Assembly: GCA_964346725.1 (NCBI GenBank)
Contig: CAYFVM010000001.1
Coordinates: 33,763 to 97,762 of the forward strand
From: an uncultured Bacteroidales bacterium
GTDB taxonomy: Bacteria; Bacteroidota; Bacteroidia; Bacteroidales; UBA1715
Reading direction: 5' to 3'
DNA: 64,000 nucleotides
Below, in pieces: positions 29,847-39,888 of the stretch (position 1 is the stretch's first letter; every line of letters starts with the position of its first letter). A program made the translations under genes and the position numbers. Below the pieces are notes generated by a model. It worked only from the letters and a program-made list of their open reading frames with translations. It did not search any database and was not told the origin of the DNA.

Positions 29847-32800
29847 ATGAAAGATGTAAAAAAAGTGCTGCTCTTAGGTTCAGGCGCACTCAAGATTGGT
29901 CAAGCTGGTGAATTTGATTATTCCGGCTCGCAAGCATTAAAAGCCATGTGCGAAGAGGGTATCTCTACTGTGTTGATAAACCCTAATATTGCAACAATCC
30001 AAACATCTGATGGAATAGCGGACAAGGTGTACTTCCTTCCCGTAACTCCATATTTCGTTGAGGAAATAATCAAAAAAGAAAAACCAGACGGAATTTTGCT
30101 TGCATTCGGTGGCCAAACTGCATTGAACTGCGGAACTTCATTATATCTTTCCGGTACTTTGGAAAAATATGGCGTAAAAGTGTTGGGAACTTCGGTAGAA
30201 GCCATAATGATTACAGAAGACCGCGATTTGTTCGTGAAAAAGTTGAACGAAATTGATGCAAAAACACCTTCATCACAAGCAGTTGAATCTATCGATGATG
30301 CATTGAATGTTGCAAATCGTCTTGGATATCCGGTAATGGTTCGCTCAGCATATGCATTGGGCGGTCTTGGTTCAGGAATTTCAACTAACGAAAAAGAATT
30401 CGTAGAGTTGTGCGAAAATGCATTGGCGTATTCAAAACAAATTCTTGTAGAAGAGTCTTTGAAAGGGTGGAAAGAAATAGAATTTGAAGTAATTCGTGAT
30501 GCAAGCGACCATTGCTTTACGGTTGTTCCAATGGAAAATGTGGATCCACTCGGAATCCACACAGGTGAAAGTATTGTGGTTTCACCAATTATCACGTTGT
30601 CAAAAGAACAAATTACAGCCTTACAAGAAATTGCAATCCAAGTTGTTCGTCATATAGGTATAGTGGGTGAATGTAACATTCAGTATGCTTTCAATGCAAA
30701 AACCAATGACTATCGAATTATTGAAATCAATGCTCGTTTGAGTCGTTCATCGGCCTTAGCTTCAAAAGCTTCGGGATATCCATTGGCATTCGTTGCAGCA
30801 AAATTGGCTTTGGGCTACACCCTTGACCAAATCGGTGAAATGGGAACTCAAAACTCAGCATACGTTCCACCTTCAGTAGATTATATCATTGCAAAAATAC
30901 CACGTTGGGATTTATCAAAATTCGCAGGCGTTGACCGCGAAATTGGTTCTTCAATGAAATCGGTTGGTGAAATTATGTCAATCGGAAAATCGTTCGAAGA
31001 AATCATGCAAAAAGGTTTGAGAATGATTGGTCAAGGCATGCACGGTTTTGTTGGAAACAACGACTTGGAATTTGAAGATTTAGACAAAGAACTTTCTCAT
31101 CCAACCGATATGCGAATTTTTGCGATAGCTAAAGCATTGGAAAGCGGCTACACACCAGAACGCATAGAGGAATTGACAAAGATTGATGTGTATTTCATTA
31201 ATAAATTAAAAAACATTGTTGATTACATAAAAGTACTTTCTTCATACAAATCAATAGAGGATCTTCCTGCTGATGTGCTTAAAGAAGCAAAACGTCTTGG
31301 CTATTCTGACTTCCAGATAGCTCGTTATGTTGAAAATCCAACGGGAAATATCGAAAAAGAGCAGTTGCGTGTGCGTACACAACGTAAAAAATTAAATGTT
31401 CTTCCTGCTGTTCGTCGTATCAATACAATTGCTTCGGAACATCCTGAATTGACCAACTACTTATATATGACGTATGGTGAATCTGAACATAGTATCAGTT
31501 ATGAGTATAAACACGAAAAATCAATCATTGTACTTGGTTCAGGAGCCTATCGCATTGGTTCTTCGGTAGAATTTGACTGGTGCTCGGTAAATGCTGTACA
31601 AACAGCTCGTCGCTATGGGTATAAATCTATCATGATTAATTATAACCCAGAAACAGTTTCTACCGACTACGACATGTGTGATCGTTTATACTTCGATGAA
31701 TTAAGTTTTGAACGAGTACTTGATGTTGTTGACCTTGAGATGCCTAAGGGAGTGATAGTTTCGGTGGGAGGACAGATTCCAAACAATCTTGCCATGAAAT
31801 TGTATCGCCAAAATGTTCCGATTTTAGGTACTTCACCAGTGTCAATTGATAGAGCAGAAAATCGTAATAAATTCTCTGCAATGCTTGATCAACTTGGTAT
31901 AGATCAACCACGTTGGGAAACACTAACAAGCTACGATGAAATTGACAGTTTTATTGATGAAGTTGGTTTCCCAGTATTGATTCGTCCTTCGTATGTGCTT
32001 TCGGGGGCGGCTATGAATGTTTGCTACGATAAAGATCAAATGCACACATTCTTAGGTGCTGCTGCCAAGGTTTCTAAAGAATATCCGGTAGTGGTTTCTA
32101 AGTTTATGCAGAATGCAAAAGAGATAGAATTTGATGCTGTTGCGAAAAACGGTGAAATTATAGAATATGCGATTTCTGAACATGTTGAATTTGCCGGTGT
32201 TCATTCCGGTGATGCTACGTTGGTTTTCCCAGCACAAAATATTTATGTAGCAACCGCTCGCAGAATAAAACAGATAAGCCGTAAGGTAGCACAGGCATTG
32301 AATATCAGTGGCCCGTTCAATATTCAATATCTTGCTAAAAACAACGATGTGAAAGTGATTGAATGTAACTTGCGTGCATCTCGTAGCTTCCCATTCGTTT
32401 CTAAAGTCTTGAAACGTAACTTCATTGAAACTGCGACTAAAATTATGTTGGATGAACCAGTTGAAAAACCGGATTCAGCAGTATTTGATGTTGATCATGT
32501 AGGTGTAAAAGCTTCTCAATTCTCATTCTCTCGCTTGCACCGTGCTGATCCAATTCTTGGAGTAGATATGGCCTCAACCGGTGAGGTTGGTTGTCTTGGA
32601 ACCGATTTTAACGATGCGTTACTTGTAGCCTTGTATTCAGTTGATTTTCATAAACCTGAAAAAGGAGTGTTGGTTTCTTCCGGAGATGCGAAAGGAAAGG
32701 TTGATTTGTTAGAATCATGCATATTATTGCAAGAAAAGGGATTAAAAATATATGCAACTGCAGGTACGCAGAAATTCTTAGAAGAGAATAAAGTTACAGC

Positions 32801-33065
32801 TACAGCAGTAAATTGGCCGGATGAAGAGCATCCGGAGAAGGTAAACATTACCTCATTGATGATGAATCACGAGATTGATTTGGTAATAAATATCCCTAAA
32901 AACCAAACCAAACGCGAATTAACGAATGGATATCGTATCCGTCGCGCCGCAATTGATCACAACATACCATTGTTGACAAATGCTCGTTTGGCAAGTGCAT
33001 TCCTTCAGGCTTCTTGCTCAAAAGATTTGGAAGATATCCAAATCAAGAGCTGGCAAGAGTATTGA
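29847..33065 (+). CDS. carB: Carbamoyl-phosphate synthase large subunit
   Basis: 1072 aa with duplicated ATP-grasp halves. N-terminus MKDVKKVLLLGSGALKIGQAGEFDYSGSQA, second half VLGSGAYRIGSSVEFDWC. No carA is adjacent. Confidence 0.97.
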   Translation: MKDVKKVLLLGSGALKIGQAGEFDYSGSQALKAMCEEGISTVLINPNIATIQTSDGIADKVYFLPVTPYFVEEIIKKEKPDGILLAFGGQTALNCGTSLYLSGTLEKYGVKVLGTSVEAIMITEDRDLFVKKLNEIDAKTPSSQAVESIDDALNVANRLGYPVMVRSAYALGGLGSGISTNEKEFVELCENALAYSKQILVEESLKGWKEIEFEVIRDASDHCFTVVPMENVDPLGIHTGESIVVSPIITLSKEQITALQEIAIQVVRHIGIVGECNIQYAFNAKTNDYRIIEINARLSRSSALASKASGYPLAFVAAKLALGYTLDQIGEMGTQNSAYVPPSVDYIIAKIPRWDLSKFAGVDREIGSSMKSVGEIMSIGKSFEEIMQKGLRMIGQGMHGFVGNNDLEFEDLDKELSHPTDMRIFAIAKALESGYTPERIEELTKIDVYFINKLKNIVDYIKVLSSYKSIEDLPADVLKEAKRLGYSDFQIARYVENPTGNIEKEQLRVRTQRKKLNVLPAVRRINTIASEHPELTNYLYMTYGESEHSISYEYKHEKSIIVLGSGAYRIGSSVEFDWCSVNAVQTARRYGYKSIMINYNPETVSTDYDMCDRLYFDELSFERVLDVVDLEMPKGVIVSVGGQIPNNLAMKLYRQNVPILGTSPVSIDRAENRNKFSAMLDQLGIDQPRWETLTSYDEIDSFIDEVGFPVLIRPSYVLSGAAMNVCYDKDQMHTFLGAAAKVSKEYPVVVSKFMQNAKEIEFDAVAKNGEIIEYAISEHVEFAGVHSGDATLVFPAQNIYVATARRIKQISRKVAQALNISGPFNIQYLAKNNDVKVIECNLRASRSFPFVSKVLKRNFIETATKIMLDEPVEKPDSAVFDVDHVGVKASQFSFSRLHRADPILGVDMASTGEVGCLGTDFNDALLVALYSVDFHKPEKGVLVSSGDAKGKVDLLESCILLQEKGLKIYATAGTQKFLEENKVTATAVNWPDEEHPEKVNITSLMMNHEIDLVINIPKNQTKRELTNGYRIRRAAIDHNIPLLTNARLASAFLQASCSKDLEDIQIKSWQEY

Positions 33066-33144
33066 TAGATTCAAAATACTAAAAACCAAAAGGACGAATG
33101 GATTTTTCTATTCGTCCTTTTTTATTGTGTTTCTTTGTTTATTG

Positions 33145-33687
33145 CTACATGAAAAGAAATCCCACTACACCGGCTCCTGCAAGCACCCAGATTGGGTTTG
33201 TTTTGAAAAAGTAGAGTACTATAAATGATACGAGAAAAATGGCGGTAGAAATGTTGTATTCGCCAAGACCAAAGTCATAAAAGTTCTCTTTGTTCATAAG
33301 AAGCAAGGCTGCGGCCAAGATCAATCCCGCAAGTACAGGACGTAGTCCCGAAAAAAAAGCTTGTATATAGTGATTATCTTTGTTTTTTATAAGAAATTTA
33401 GTGACAAGAAACATCAGTATAATTGAGGGCATACAAAGTGATAGAGTAGCAATAGTAGCCCCACCAAAACCTGCCACCGAGTACCCTACATATGTAGCAA
33501 GATTTATAGAAATAGGTCCCGGAGTCATTTGTGAAATGGCTATAATGTCGGAAAACTCTTGTAATGTAAGCCAATCATATCTATCAACAACCTCAAATTG
33601 TATAAGAGAAAGCATTGCGTATCCGCCACCAAAACCGAAAAGCCCGATTTTGAAGAATACATACATGAGTTCTAGAATCACCATCAT
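33145..33687 (-). CDS. chrA: Chromate transporter (short-chain CHR family), half 2
   Basis: 180 aa, FGFGGGYAMLSLIQ motif, multi-TM. It overlaps the upstream paralog by 4 nt. Confidence 0.85.
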   Translation of the reverse strand: MMVILELMYVFFKIGLFGFGGGYAMLSLIQFEVVDRYDWLTLQEFSDIIAISQMTPGPISINLATYVGYSVAGFGGATIATLSLCMPSIILMFLVTKFLIKNKDNHYIQAFFSGLRPVLAGLILAAALLLMNKENFYDFGLGEYNISTAIFLVSFIVLYFFKTNPIWVLAGAGVVGFLFM

Positions 33688-34238
33688 TTCTCTTTCTTGA
33701 TTTTGTTGAATGAATACATTTCAAAAAGTAAGATTCCTATAATTACAATGAAAATAATTAATAAAGGGGAAATCTTGAACCACCATATAGCTAAAGCTAC
33801 AACCAGTGGAATTACAATAAATTTCCACCCTGTATATTGCGATTTAATCAATCGAATTGATGGAACCAATATGAGGGCAACAACGCATGGACGAATGCTT
33901 TTGAATATTCGTTCCACAATTTCATTGTCTTTGTATTCGGTGAAAAAAATTGCTATAAGTAAAATGGCAATAAAAGAGGGGAGTGCTGCTCCTATCGCAG
34001 CCACTAGGGCTCCTTTGGTTTTGCGTAATTTATAACCAACGTAGAGAGCTGTGTTTATGGCAAAAACTCCAGGTAACGTTTGAACCAAGGCTATCAAGTC
34101 CCAAAATTCTTCTTTTGGAATATATTGTTTTTTTGTGACAATAGCCCGTTCTACCATAGATAGCATAGCATATCCACCACCTAAGGTAAATGCTCCTATT
34201 TGAGAAAAAATCTTGAATAAGTCTATCAATCGAACCAT
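33684..34238 (-). CDS. chrA: Chromate transporter (short-chain CHR family), half 1
   Basis: 184 aa, GAFTLGGGYAMLSMVE motif, multi-TM. Confidence 0.85.
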   Translation of the reverse strand: MVRLIDLFKIFSQIGAFTLGGGYAMLSMVERAIVTKKQYIPKEEFWDLIALVQTLPGVFAINTALYVGYKLRKTKGALVAAIGAALPSFIAILLIAIFFTEYKDNEIVERIFKSIRPCVVALILVPSIRLIKSQYTGWKFIVIPLVVALAIWWFKISPLLIIFIVIIGILLFEMYSFNKIKKEK

Positions 34239-34369
34239 GTAGCAAAAGTTGCCAAAAATCTTGAAATAGAAAAATCCATAGACTCAATTTTTCGTATTTC
34301 GTCTCAAATTCGTGGAGGATATTTTTATTTATTTTTTTTGATAATAAACGATTTAAAAATAAAAAAAGC

Positions 34370-34377
34370 TATATTTG
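34370..34377 (+). promoter_or_regulatory. -7 promoter box (TATATTTG) with no downstream plus-strand ORF
   Basis: Exact TAnnTTTG match. The next plus-strand feature is a hairpin pair ending in a T run. Confidence 0.4.
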
Positions 34378-34382
34378 TGGCG

Positions 34383-34446
34383 AGAGATTTTTTTTACCTT
34401 ACACGCCTCTCGAGGAACGACCCCCCAAGTCGTTCCTCATTTTTTT
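34383..34446 (+). ncRNA. Candidate small RNA (about 60-65 nt, two stem-loops, terminator at its 3' end)
   Basis: Stem 1 is cgagag (34381-86) / ctctcg (34407-12). Stem 2 is gaggaacgac (34412-21) / gtcgttcctc (34429-38) with loop cccccaa, then a T7 run. There is no ORF. I do not recognise the family. Confidence 0.35.
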
Positions 34447-35089
34447 AAGATAGTCCTTGTAACATAGGAACGAACGCACAACTTCCATGTTGTGTTTGTT
34501 CAAATTCAGTTTCACTTATTCGTGTAATTCTCAGCATCTCTTGTTTGTTGCCGGAATTTACTGGAGCTACAATAATTCCTCCAATTTTTACTTGGTGTAA
34601 AAGTTCTTTTGGTATGAAAGGCGCTGCTGCTGTGATAATGATACGGTCGAAAGGTGCAAATTTGGGCAATCCATCAAAACCATTGCCATAAAAGGTGAGT
34701 ACTGAATAATGAAGCGCAGCAAGTAGTTTCCTCGTTTTTGTGAATAATTCCTGTTGGCGTTCAATGGAATAAACCGTAGCACCCATTGTGGCAAGTATTG
34801 CCGCCTGATACCCAGAACCAGTACCGATTTCAAGAACTTTCTCTTTGCCATTGATTGATAGCAGCTGTGATTGTAAAGCAACAGTATAAGGTTGTGAAAT
34901 AGTTTGCCCCGATTCTATAGGAAATGCTTTGTCTATGTAGGCGTGCTTTTCTAATGCTTTGTCAAAGAAAAATAAATGACGAGGTACTTTTTGAATTGCG
35001 AGCAACACTTTTTCATCGCTGATGCCTTTGGCTTGCAATTCTAACACCAATTTTTTTCGTAATCCTTTGTGTACCAGTGTGTCTTCCAT
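34445..35089 (-). CDS. pcm: Protein-L-isoaspartate O-methyltransferase
   Basis: 214 aa, SQPYTVA and VLEIGTGSGYQAAILA motifs. Confidence 0.92.
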   Translation of the reverse strand: MEDTLVHKGLRKKLVLELQAKGISDEKVLLAIQKVPRHLFFFDKALEKHAYIDKAFPIESGQTISQPYTVALQSQLLSINGKEKVLEIGTGSGYQAAILATMGATVYSIERQQELFTKTRKLLAALHYSVLTFYGNGFDGLPKFAPFDRIIITAAAPFIPKELLHQVKIGGIIVAPVNSGNKQEMLRITRISETEFEQTQHGSCAFVPMLQGLS

Positions 35090-36003
35090 TATTGCATCAT
35101 TGTGTGAATAACCCCTTCTTTAAGGGAATATGATGATTGAAAAATTTGTGGAATTGTATATTTCGAAACAACGAAGTCGGCAATGCAACCAGCTATAGGA
35201 AGTAGCGGTGCGCGTGGAATACACATTCCCTTCATTGATTCAATTTCGTCAATAGAGTGAGAGCAAAGAAATTGAACGATAGCTTTAAAATCGCTCATTG
35301 GAATTTCTTCAGCAACACTTTGTGGATTAGGTCTGTTTTGTTGTGCAAAATAGATAGAACGGAAAACGTCAAAAGCTCCGGCAGAACCTATGAGCAAGTC
35401 AATAGAATACTGAGGAACGATTTCTGTAAGGAGGGCAAATTTTTCGTTCAAATATTCCGTAATGTTGTCAAGAGTGGTTTGTGGTAATGGATGCGATAAT
35501 CCAAATTTTGACACAATTCGTTGCATACCACATTCAAAGCTATGTTTCCACAAAATTTCGTTTTGGTGGCAGATGATACATTCATTACTTCCGCCTCCAA
35601 TATCAAGAATGAGTGCTGTTTTTTCGCCCCACTCAAAGGCGAGATTGTTGCCCAAAAAGATATATTCAGCTTCTTGTTCTCCGGGAATGATAGTGATATG
35701 GAACCCCAATAGTTCTTCAACACGTTGGCTAAACACATTCGCATTGTTTGCATTGCGTAGAGTAGAAGTTCCAATGAGGGAGATTTTTTCGCAATTAAAT
35801 GGTTCTATTCGCTCTTTAATGGTTCGTAGTGATTGTATACCACGTTCCATAGCATCCTCAGAAATATAGCCATAGGCAACACCATTTTCGCCTAAGCGTG
35901 GATATTCTTGAAATTCTAAAAGAGTTTTGAAATTATTTTCATACAATGAAGCGACACAACAATTAAAGGTGTTTGTCCCTAAATCAACAACAGCAACATT
36001 CAT
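35089..36003 (-). CDS. Ppx/GppA-family phosphatase (exopolyphosphatase-like)
   Basis: 304 aa. ASKHA N-terminus VAVVDLGTNTFNC, then DIGGGSNE. Confidence 0.8.
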   Translation of the reverse strand: MNVAVVDLGTNTFNCCVASLYENNFKTLLEFQEYPRLGENGVAYGYISEDAMERGIQSLRTIKERIEPFNCEKISLIGTSTLRNANNANVFSQRVEELLGFHITIIPGEQEAEYIFLGNNLAFEWGEKTALILDIGGGSNECIICHQNEILWKHSFECGMQRIVSKFGLSHPLPQTTLDNITEYLNEKFALLTEIVPQYSIDLLIGSAGAFDVFRSIYFAQQNRPNPQSVAEEIPMSDFKAIVQFLCSHSIDEIESMKGMCIPRAPLLPIAGCIADFVVSKYTIPQIFQSSYSLKEGVIHTMMQ

Positions 36004-36009
36004 TGTATT

Positions 36010-36441
36010 TTATTTAAACGACTCGAATGTAGGATTTTTAAGTCGGTTACCTTTGCTATCCCAGAGCTTTTGGTCAATATTTCTATCGTTGCGATAAGTT
36101 ATTTCTTTTGCAACTTGCCCATTTTGGTGCCAATAGTATGTTGTTCCTTCTTTTTTGTTGTTAGAGTATGTAGAAACACGTTTTTTTTCGCCAGTAGAAT
36201 ACCAGTATGCCCAAGTTCCTTCTTTTTTTCCATTATTATATTCACCAATCAAACCAATTTTTCCATTGGAATGTTTTGCGTATACTTTACCTGTATAGGG
36301 TTTTCCGTCGAGATATGAAAGTTCCATATCTTCTTGACCTACCGTTACCCATTGCTGTTTAAGTTGCGATAAATCAACGTTTTGAGCAAAAGCAACGTTT
36401 GTAAGTAAGCAAACTACCAATACAAGCAAATGTTTCTTCAT
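36010..36441 (-). CDS. Secreted MORN-variant repeat protein (YwqK-like)
   Basis: Trimmed to ATG 36441, giving signal peptide MKKHLLVLVVCLLTNVAFAQ (143 aa). It has repeated G-x-x-x-G-K-K-E-G-x-W/Y units. Confidence 0.65.
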   Translation of the reverse strand: MKKHLLVLVVCLLTNVAFAQNVDLSQLKQQWVTVGQEDMELSYLDGKPYTGKVYAKHSNGKIGLIGEYNNGKKEGTWAYWYSTGEKKRVSTYSNNKKEGTTYYWHQNGQVAKEITYRNDRNIDQKLWDSKGNRLKNPTFESFK

Positions 36442-36543
36442 GTCGTTTTTACATTTTAAAACTATTTGCAATAGTAAGAAATTTCTATCGATTTTGTACC
36501 ATTCATTTTGTTTTTTTTCCACAATACCTTGAAAACATTTGTG

Positions 36544-36551
36544 TATTTTTG
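36544..36551 (+). promoter_or_regulatory. -7 promoter box (TATTTTTG) for the M48 peptidase gene
   Basis: TAnnTTTG match 15 nt upstream of ATG 36566. Confidence 0.45.
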
Positions 36552-36565
36552 CAAAAAGATTTAAC

Positions 36566-37825
36566 ATGAGTACAACAGTATTATTTTGGATAGTTATTGC
36601 TATCATAGTTATTGATTATGTGGTAGAACGTGTGTTGGATTATCTTAATGGCACAATGCGTAGCGCGCAGATTCCCACAGAAGTTTCTGATATCTACGAT
36701 GCTACAACGTATGATAAGCAACAACGATACGAATACGAAAAATCTAAAATCAGCTTTTGGAGTAGCACGGTTGGTTTTGTTTTAATTATGGCTTTGTTTG
36801 TTTCAGGGGCTTATGGTATTCTTGATGCATGGATTGGAAATACGTTTGGTGCTGGTCCTGTTATTTCCGGCTTGCTTTTCTTTGGTATACTATATTGGTG
36901 TTTCGACATTATAGAAACTCCATTTGAATGGTACAACACGTTTGTAATAGAAGAAAAATTTGGGTTTAACAAAATGACCCCTAAAATTTTTATATTAGAT
37001 AAGCTGAAGTCATGGTTGGTTGGTGCAGTTTTAGGAAGTATTATCTTAGGAGGGTTGATTTTACTCATTTTGCAATTTGGCCATCAATTTTGGATTTTCG
37101 CATGGATTGCAATATCTCTATTTCTTGTGTTTTTCAATTTATTCTATTCGTCATTGATAGTTCCGTTGTTTAACAAACAAACGCCATTGGAAGATGGTGA
37201 ATTGAAAGATGCAATTTTTGCATTTGGTAAAAAAGCAGGTTTTGAGTTAGACAATATATATGTGATAGATGGTTCAAAACGTTCAACGAAAGCAAATGCC
37301 TATTTCACCGGATTTGGTGCTAAAAAGCGCATTGTATTGTACGACACGCTCATGCAAGAATTGACAACACAAGAAATTGTAGCAGTATTGGCACATGAAA
37401 TTGGTCACTATAAGAAAAAACATACTCTTGTAATGTTGGGAACGTCAATTCTACAAATGGGACTTATTTTGTTTTTGTTTGGCTTGTTTATTTCTGTTCC
37501 AGCATTTACCGAAGTTTTAGGAATTGAATATATGTCCGGATATGAAAAATGTTATGCTTCTTTTTATGTGTTTAGTATTTTATTTACCCCAATTTCATTC
37601 TTTATAGGATTGGGTGTATATGCTTTTTCACGCAAAAACGAGTATCAAGCCGATCATTTTTCTGGAGAAGAACATTCTTCAGAAGAACTTGAAAAAGCCT
37701 TGAAGAAGCTAACAAAATCAAGTCTTTCAAACCTTACTCCTCATCCTTGGTACGTTTTTTGTTATTATTCTCACCCAACACTTTATCAACGAATAAAAGC
37801 GTTGCGAACTATTAAAAAAGAATAA
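36566..37825 (+). CDS. M48 family zinc metalloprotease (Ste24/HtpX-like, CAAX-protease architecture)
   Basis: 419 aa, multi-TM, HEIGHYKKKH (HExxH) and downstream NEYQADHF. Confidence 0.85.
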   Translation: MSTTVLFWIVIAIIVIDYVVERVLDYLNGTMRSAQIPTEVSDIYDATTYDKQQRYEYEKSKISFWSSTVGFVLIMALFVSGAYGILDAWIGNTFGAGPVISGLLFFGILYWCFDIIETPFEWYNTFVIEEKFGFNKMTPKIFILDKLKSWLVGAVLGSIILGGLILLILQFGHQFWIFAWIAISLFLVFFNLFYSSLIVPLFNKQTPLEDGELKDAIFAFGKKAGFELDNIYVIDGSKRSTKANAYFTGFGAKKRIVLYDTLMQELTTQEIVAVLAHEIGHYKKKHTLVMLGTSILQMGLILFLFGLFISVPAFTEVLGIEYMSGYEKCYASFYVFSILFTPISFFIGLGVYAFSRKNEYQADHFSGEEHSSEELEKALKKLTKSSLSNLTPHPWYVFCYYSHPTLYQRIKALRTIKKE

Positions 37826-37827
37826 TT

Positions 37828-38169
37828 ATGGAAGGCGATCAAAATATTCAAACGATTTTTTCAGCGATGAACTCAATGGAAAATTCTAGTCGTTCTCAAA
37901 ATGCAAAAAATAAGAAGAACGGCATACGAATTAATCCAACCGTGTTTCTTCGTATGGAAGAATTTGCAGTTAAACAAAAATGGAAGGAGGTGGTAGGTCC
38001 TATGTTTGCGAATGCAGCAACGTCTATTAGACTCAATAACAAAGTGTTGATGATTTCTGTAAATTCGGCGACAATTAGAAACGAACTTATCTTGAATAAA
38101 TCAACAATTTGTGCGAGAATCAATAAAGAATTACATAAGAATTTAGTTTATGACATCGTTGTAAAGTAG
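37828..38169 (+). CDS. DUF721 (DciA-like) domain protein
   Basis: 113 aa. KWKEVVGPMFANAATSIRLNNKVLMISVNSATIRNEL matches the DUF721 pattern. Confidence 0.65.
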   Translation: MEGDQNIQTIFSAMNSMENSSRSQNAKNKKNGIRINPTVFLRMEEFAVKQKWKEVVGPMFANAATSIRLNNKVLMISVNSATIRNELILNKSTICARINKELHKNLVYDIVVK

Positions 38170-38231
38170 TTTTTGTTATAAACATGTTAATATTTTCGAG
38201 GAACACTGTTCGAAATAAGAAAAAAAATAAG

Positions 38232-38239
38232 TAAATTTG
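38232..38239 (+). promoter_or_regulatory. -7 promoter box (TAAATTTG)
   Basis: TAnnTTTG match 21 nt upstream of ATG 38260. Confidence 0.4.
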
Positions 38240-38259
38240 GCTCACTAAAAATAGATTAG

Positions 38260-38760
38260 ATGATGAAAAAAAATGTTAGCATATTAGTTGTACTTTTATT
38301 AGGGTTAAGTCTTAATGTATTGGCGCAAAATAATTGTTTAAATTTTCATAAACAGAGATGCCAAACTTTAGCCTCAAGTGGTTATGTCATGTCAAATGAC
38401 TCACGAAGCGCAATGATGCGTAAAGGTCAAACATCAGAGTTTAGAATTACAATCTATCAAGGTAAAGATTACAGAATCTCTGTATGTACCGATGAATCAG
38501 CTCTTGGAAATACTATTCATATGCGTTTAGTTGATTATGATACAAATGAGGTTTTGTATGATAACAAAGATAAAAATTATGTAAAAGATTATGAATTTAC
38601 AGTAATTTTAACTCGTACAATCAAAATAGTCATTGATATCCCAGAAGATCCAACACAAAAAGATTTGGGTGCAAACACAGGTTTGATTTCAAAATCAATT
38701 AATCAGGGGTGTGTAGGTGTTTTGATTGAAGAAATGAGTACACCAAAAACAGGTTTCTAA
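38260..38760 (+). CDS. Small secreted protein of unknown function
   Basis: 166 aa, signal peptide MMKKNVSILVVLLLGLSLNVLAQ, four Cys. I recognise no motif. Confidence 0.6.
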   Translation: MMKKNVSILVVLLLGLSLNVLAQNNCLNFHKQRCQTLASSGYVMSNDSRSAMMRKGQTSEFRITIYQGKDYRISVCTDESALGNTIHMRLVDYDTNEVLYDNKDKNYVKDYEFTVILTRTIKIVIDIPEDPTQKDLGANTGLISKSINQGCVGVLIEEMSTPKTGF

Positions 38761-38785
38761 AATTCCTTTGGAATTTTTAAAATAA

Positions 38786-38829
38786 ATGAAGGGCATTGTT
38801 TGTAATGACAATGCCCTTCATTATTTTTG
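38786..38829 (+). terminator. Intrinsic terminator
   Basis: Perfect 13-bp stem atgaagggcattg / caatgcccttcat with a 10-nt loop and a T-rich tail. The tail doubles as the TATTTTTG -7 box (38822-38829) for rlmN. Confidence 0.8.
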
Positions 38830-38848
38830 TGCCGTAAAAACTACATAT

Positions 38849-39886
38849 ATGCAAAAGCAAGATATATTATCATTATCATTCGATGAGTTGTGTAACACAC
38901 TGGCTGAATTAGGCGAAAAAAAGTTTAGAGCAACTCAGTTGTATCAATGGATTTGGCAAAAGCGAGTTCGCTCATTTGATCAAATGTCTAATCTTTCTCA
39001 GAAGCTACGCGAACAATTATCTGAAAAATTCTATTTCCAAACTATTAAAGCTGTTGATACAAAAAAAAGTTCTGATGGTTCTTATAAATTTCTGTTTTCG
39101 TTTTTTGATGGAGCAGTTGTAGAGGGTGTATTGATTCCAGCGAAGGATAGAATGACTGCTTGCATTTCTTCGCAGGTAGGTTGTGGCTTACAGTGTACTT
39201 TTTGTGCTACGGGTTCGCTAGGATTTACTCGTAATTTGTCAGTAGGAGAAATTACAGATCAGTTTTTTATTATGGACGCCACAGCTCGAGAGACTGAAAA
39301 TGGAGGTGTTTCTAATATTGTATATATGGGCATGGGAGAACCGCTTATGAACTATGGCGCAGTTATGACTTCTATAGCTCGCTTGACTGAGGTAAACGGC
39401 GCAGCACTTGCACCATCAAGAATAACACTTTCAACAGCGGGAATAATCAAAAATATAAAACAGTTAGCTGATGATAATTTCCCTTGCCATTTGGCTATTT
39501 CGCTTCATGCTCCAAAAGACTTATTGCGAACGCAATTGATGCCGATAAACAAGTCTAATCCATTGGCAAAATTGAGCGATGTACTTGCGTATTATCATGA
39601 AAAAACAAAAAATCGTATAACGATAGAGTATATGTTGTTGCATGGAGTAAACGATTCTATACAAAATGCTCGTGATTTGGCAGAATTTACGAAACGTTTC
39701 CCTGTAAAAATCAATGTAATAGAATTTAATCCTCATGAACATGCAGAGTATAAAAAATCGGACAAACAAACATTTGAAGCGTTTGTTACTTTTTTGAAAG
39801 GATTGAATTTAATAGTAAACGTGCGCTATTCCAAAGGTAAAGATATTGCTGCAGCATGTGGACAACTTGCTGGAAAGCGTCGATAG
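38849..39886 (+). CDS. rlmN: 23S rRNA/tRNA (adenine-C2)-methyltransferase, radical SAM
   Basis: CxxxCxxC radical SAM motif (GCGLQCTFCATG), then MGMGEPLMN. Start moved to ATG 38849 because the upstream part of the track ORF is the terminator hairpin. Confidence 0.92.
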   Translation: MQKQDILSLSFDELCNTLAELGEKKFRATQLYQWIWQKRVRSFDQMSNLSQKLREQLSEKFYFQTIKAVDTKKSSDGSYKFLFSFFDGAVVEGVLIPAKDRMTACISSQVGCGLQCTFCATGSLGFTRNLSVGEITDQFFIMDATARETENGGVSNIVYMGMGEPLMNYGAVMTSIARLTEVNGAALAPSRITLSTAGIIKNIKQLADDNFPCHLAISLHAPKDLLRTQLMPINKSNPLAKLSDVLAYYHEKTKNRITIEYMLLHGVNDSIQNARDLAEFTKRFPVKINVIEFNPHEHAEYKKSDKQTFEAFVTFLKGLNLIVNVRYSKGKDIAAACGQLAGKRR

Positions 39887-39888
39887 AA

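Noticed and set aside
33145-34238. Two adjacent short chromate-transporter ORFs, considered as a split pseudogene.
   Set aside because: Each half has its own start and the GGGYAM motif, and they overlap by 4 nt in the usual coupled fashion. Paired short-chain CHR genes are a known natural arrangement.
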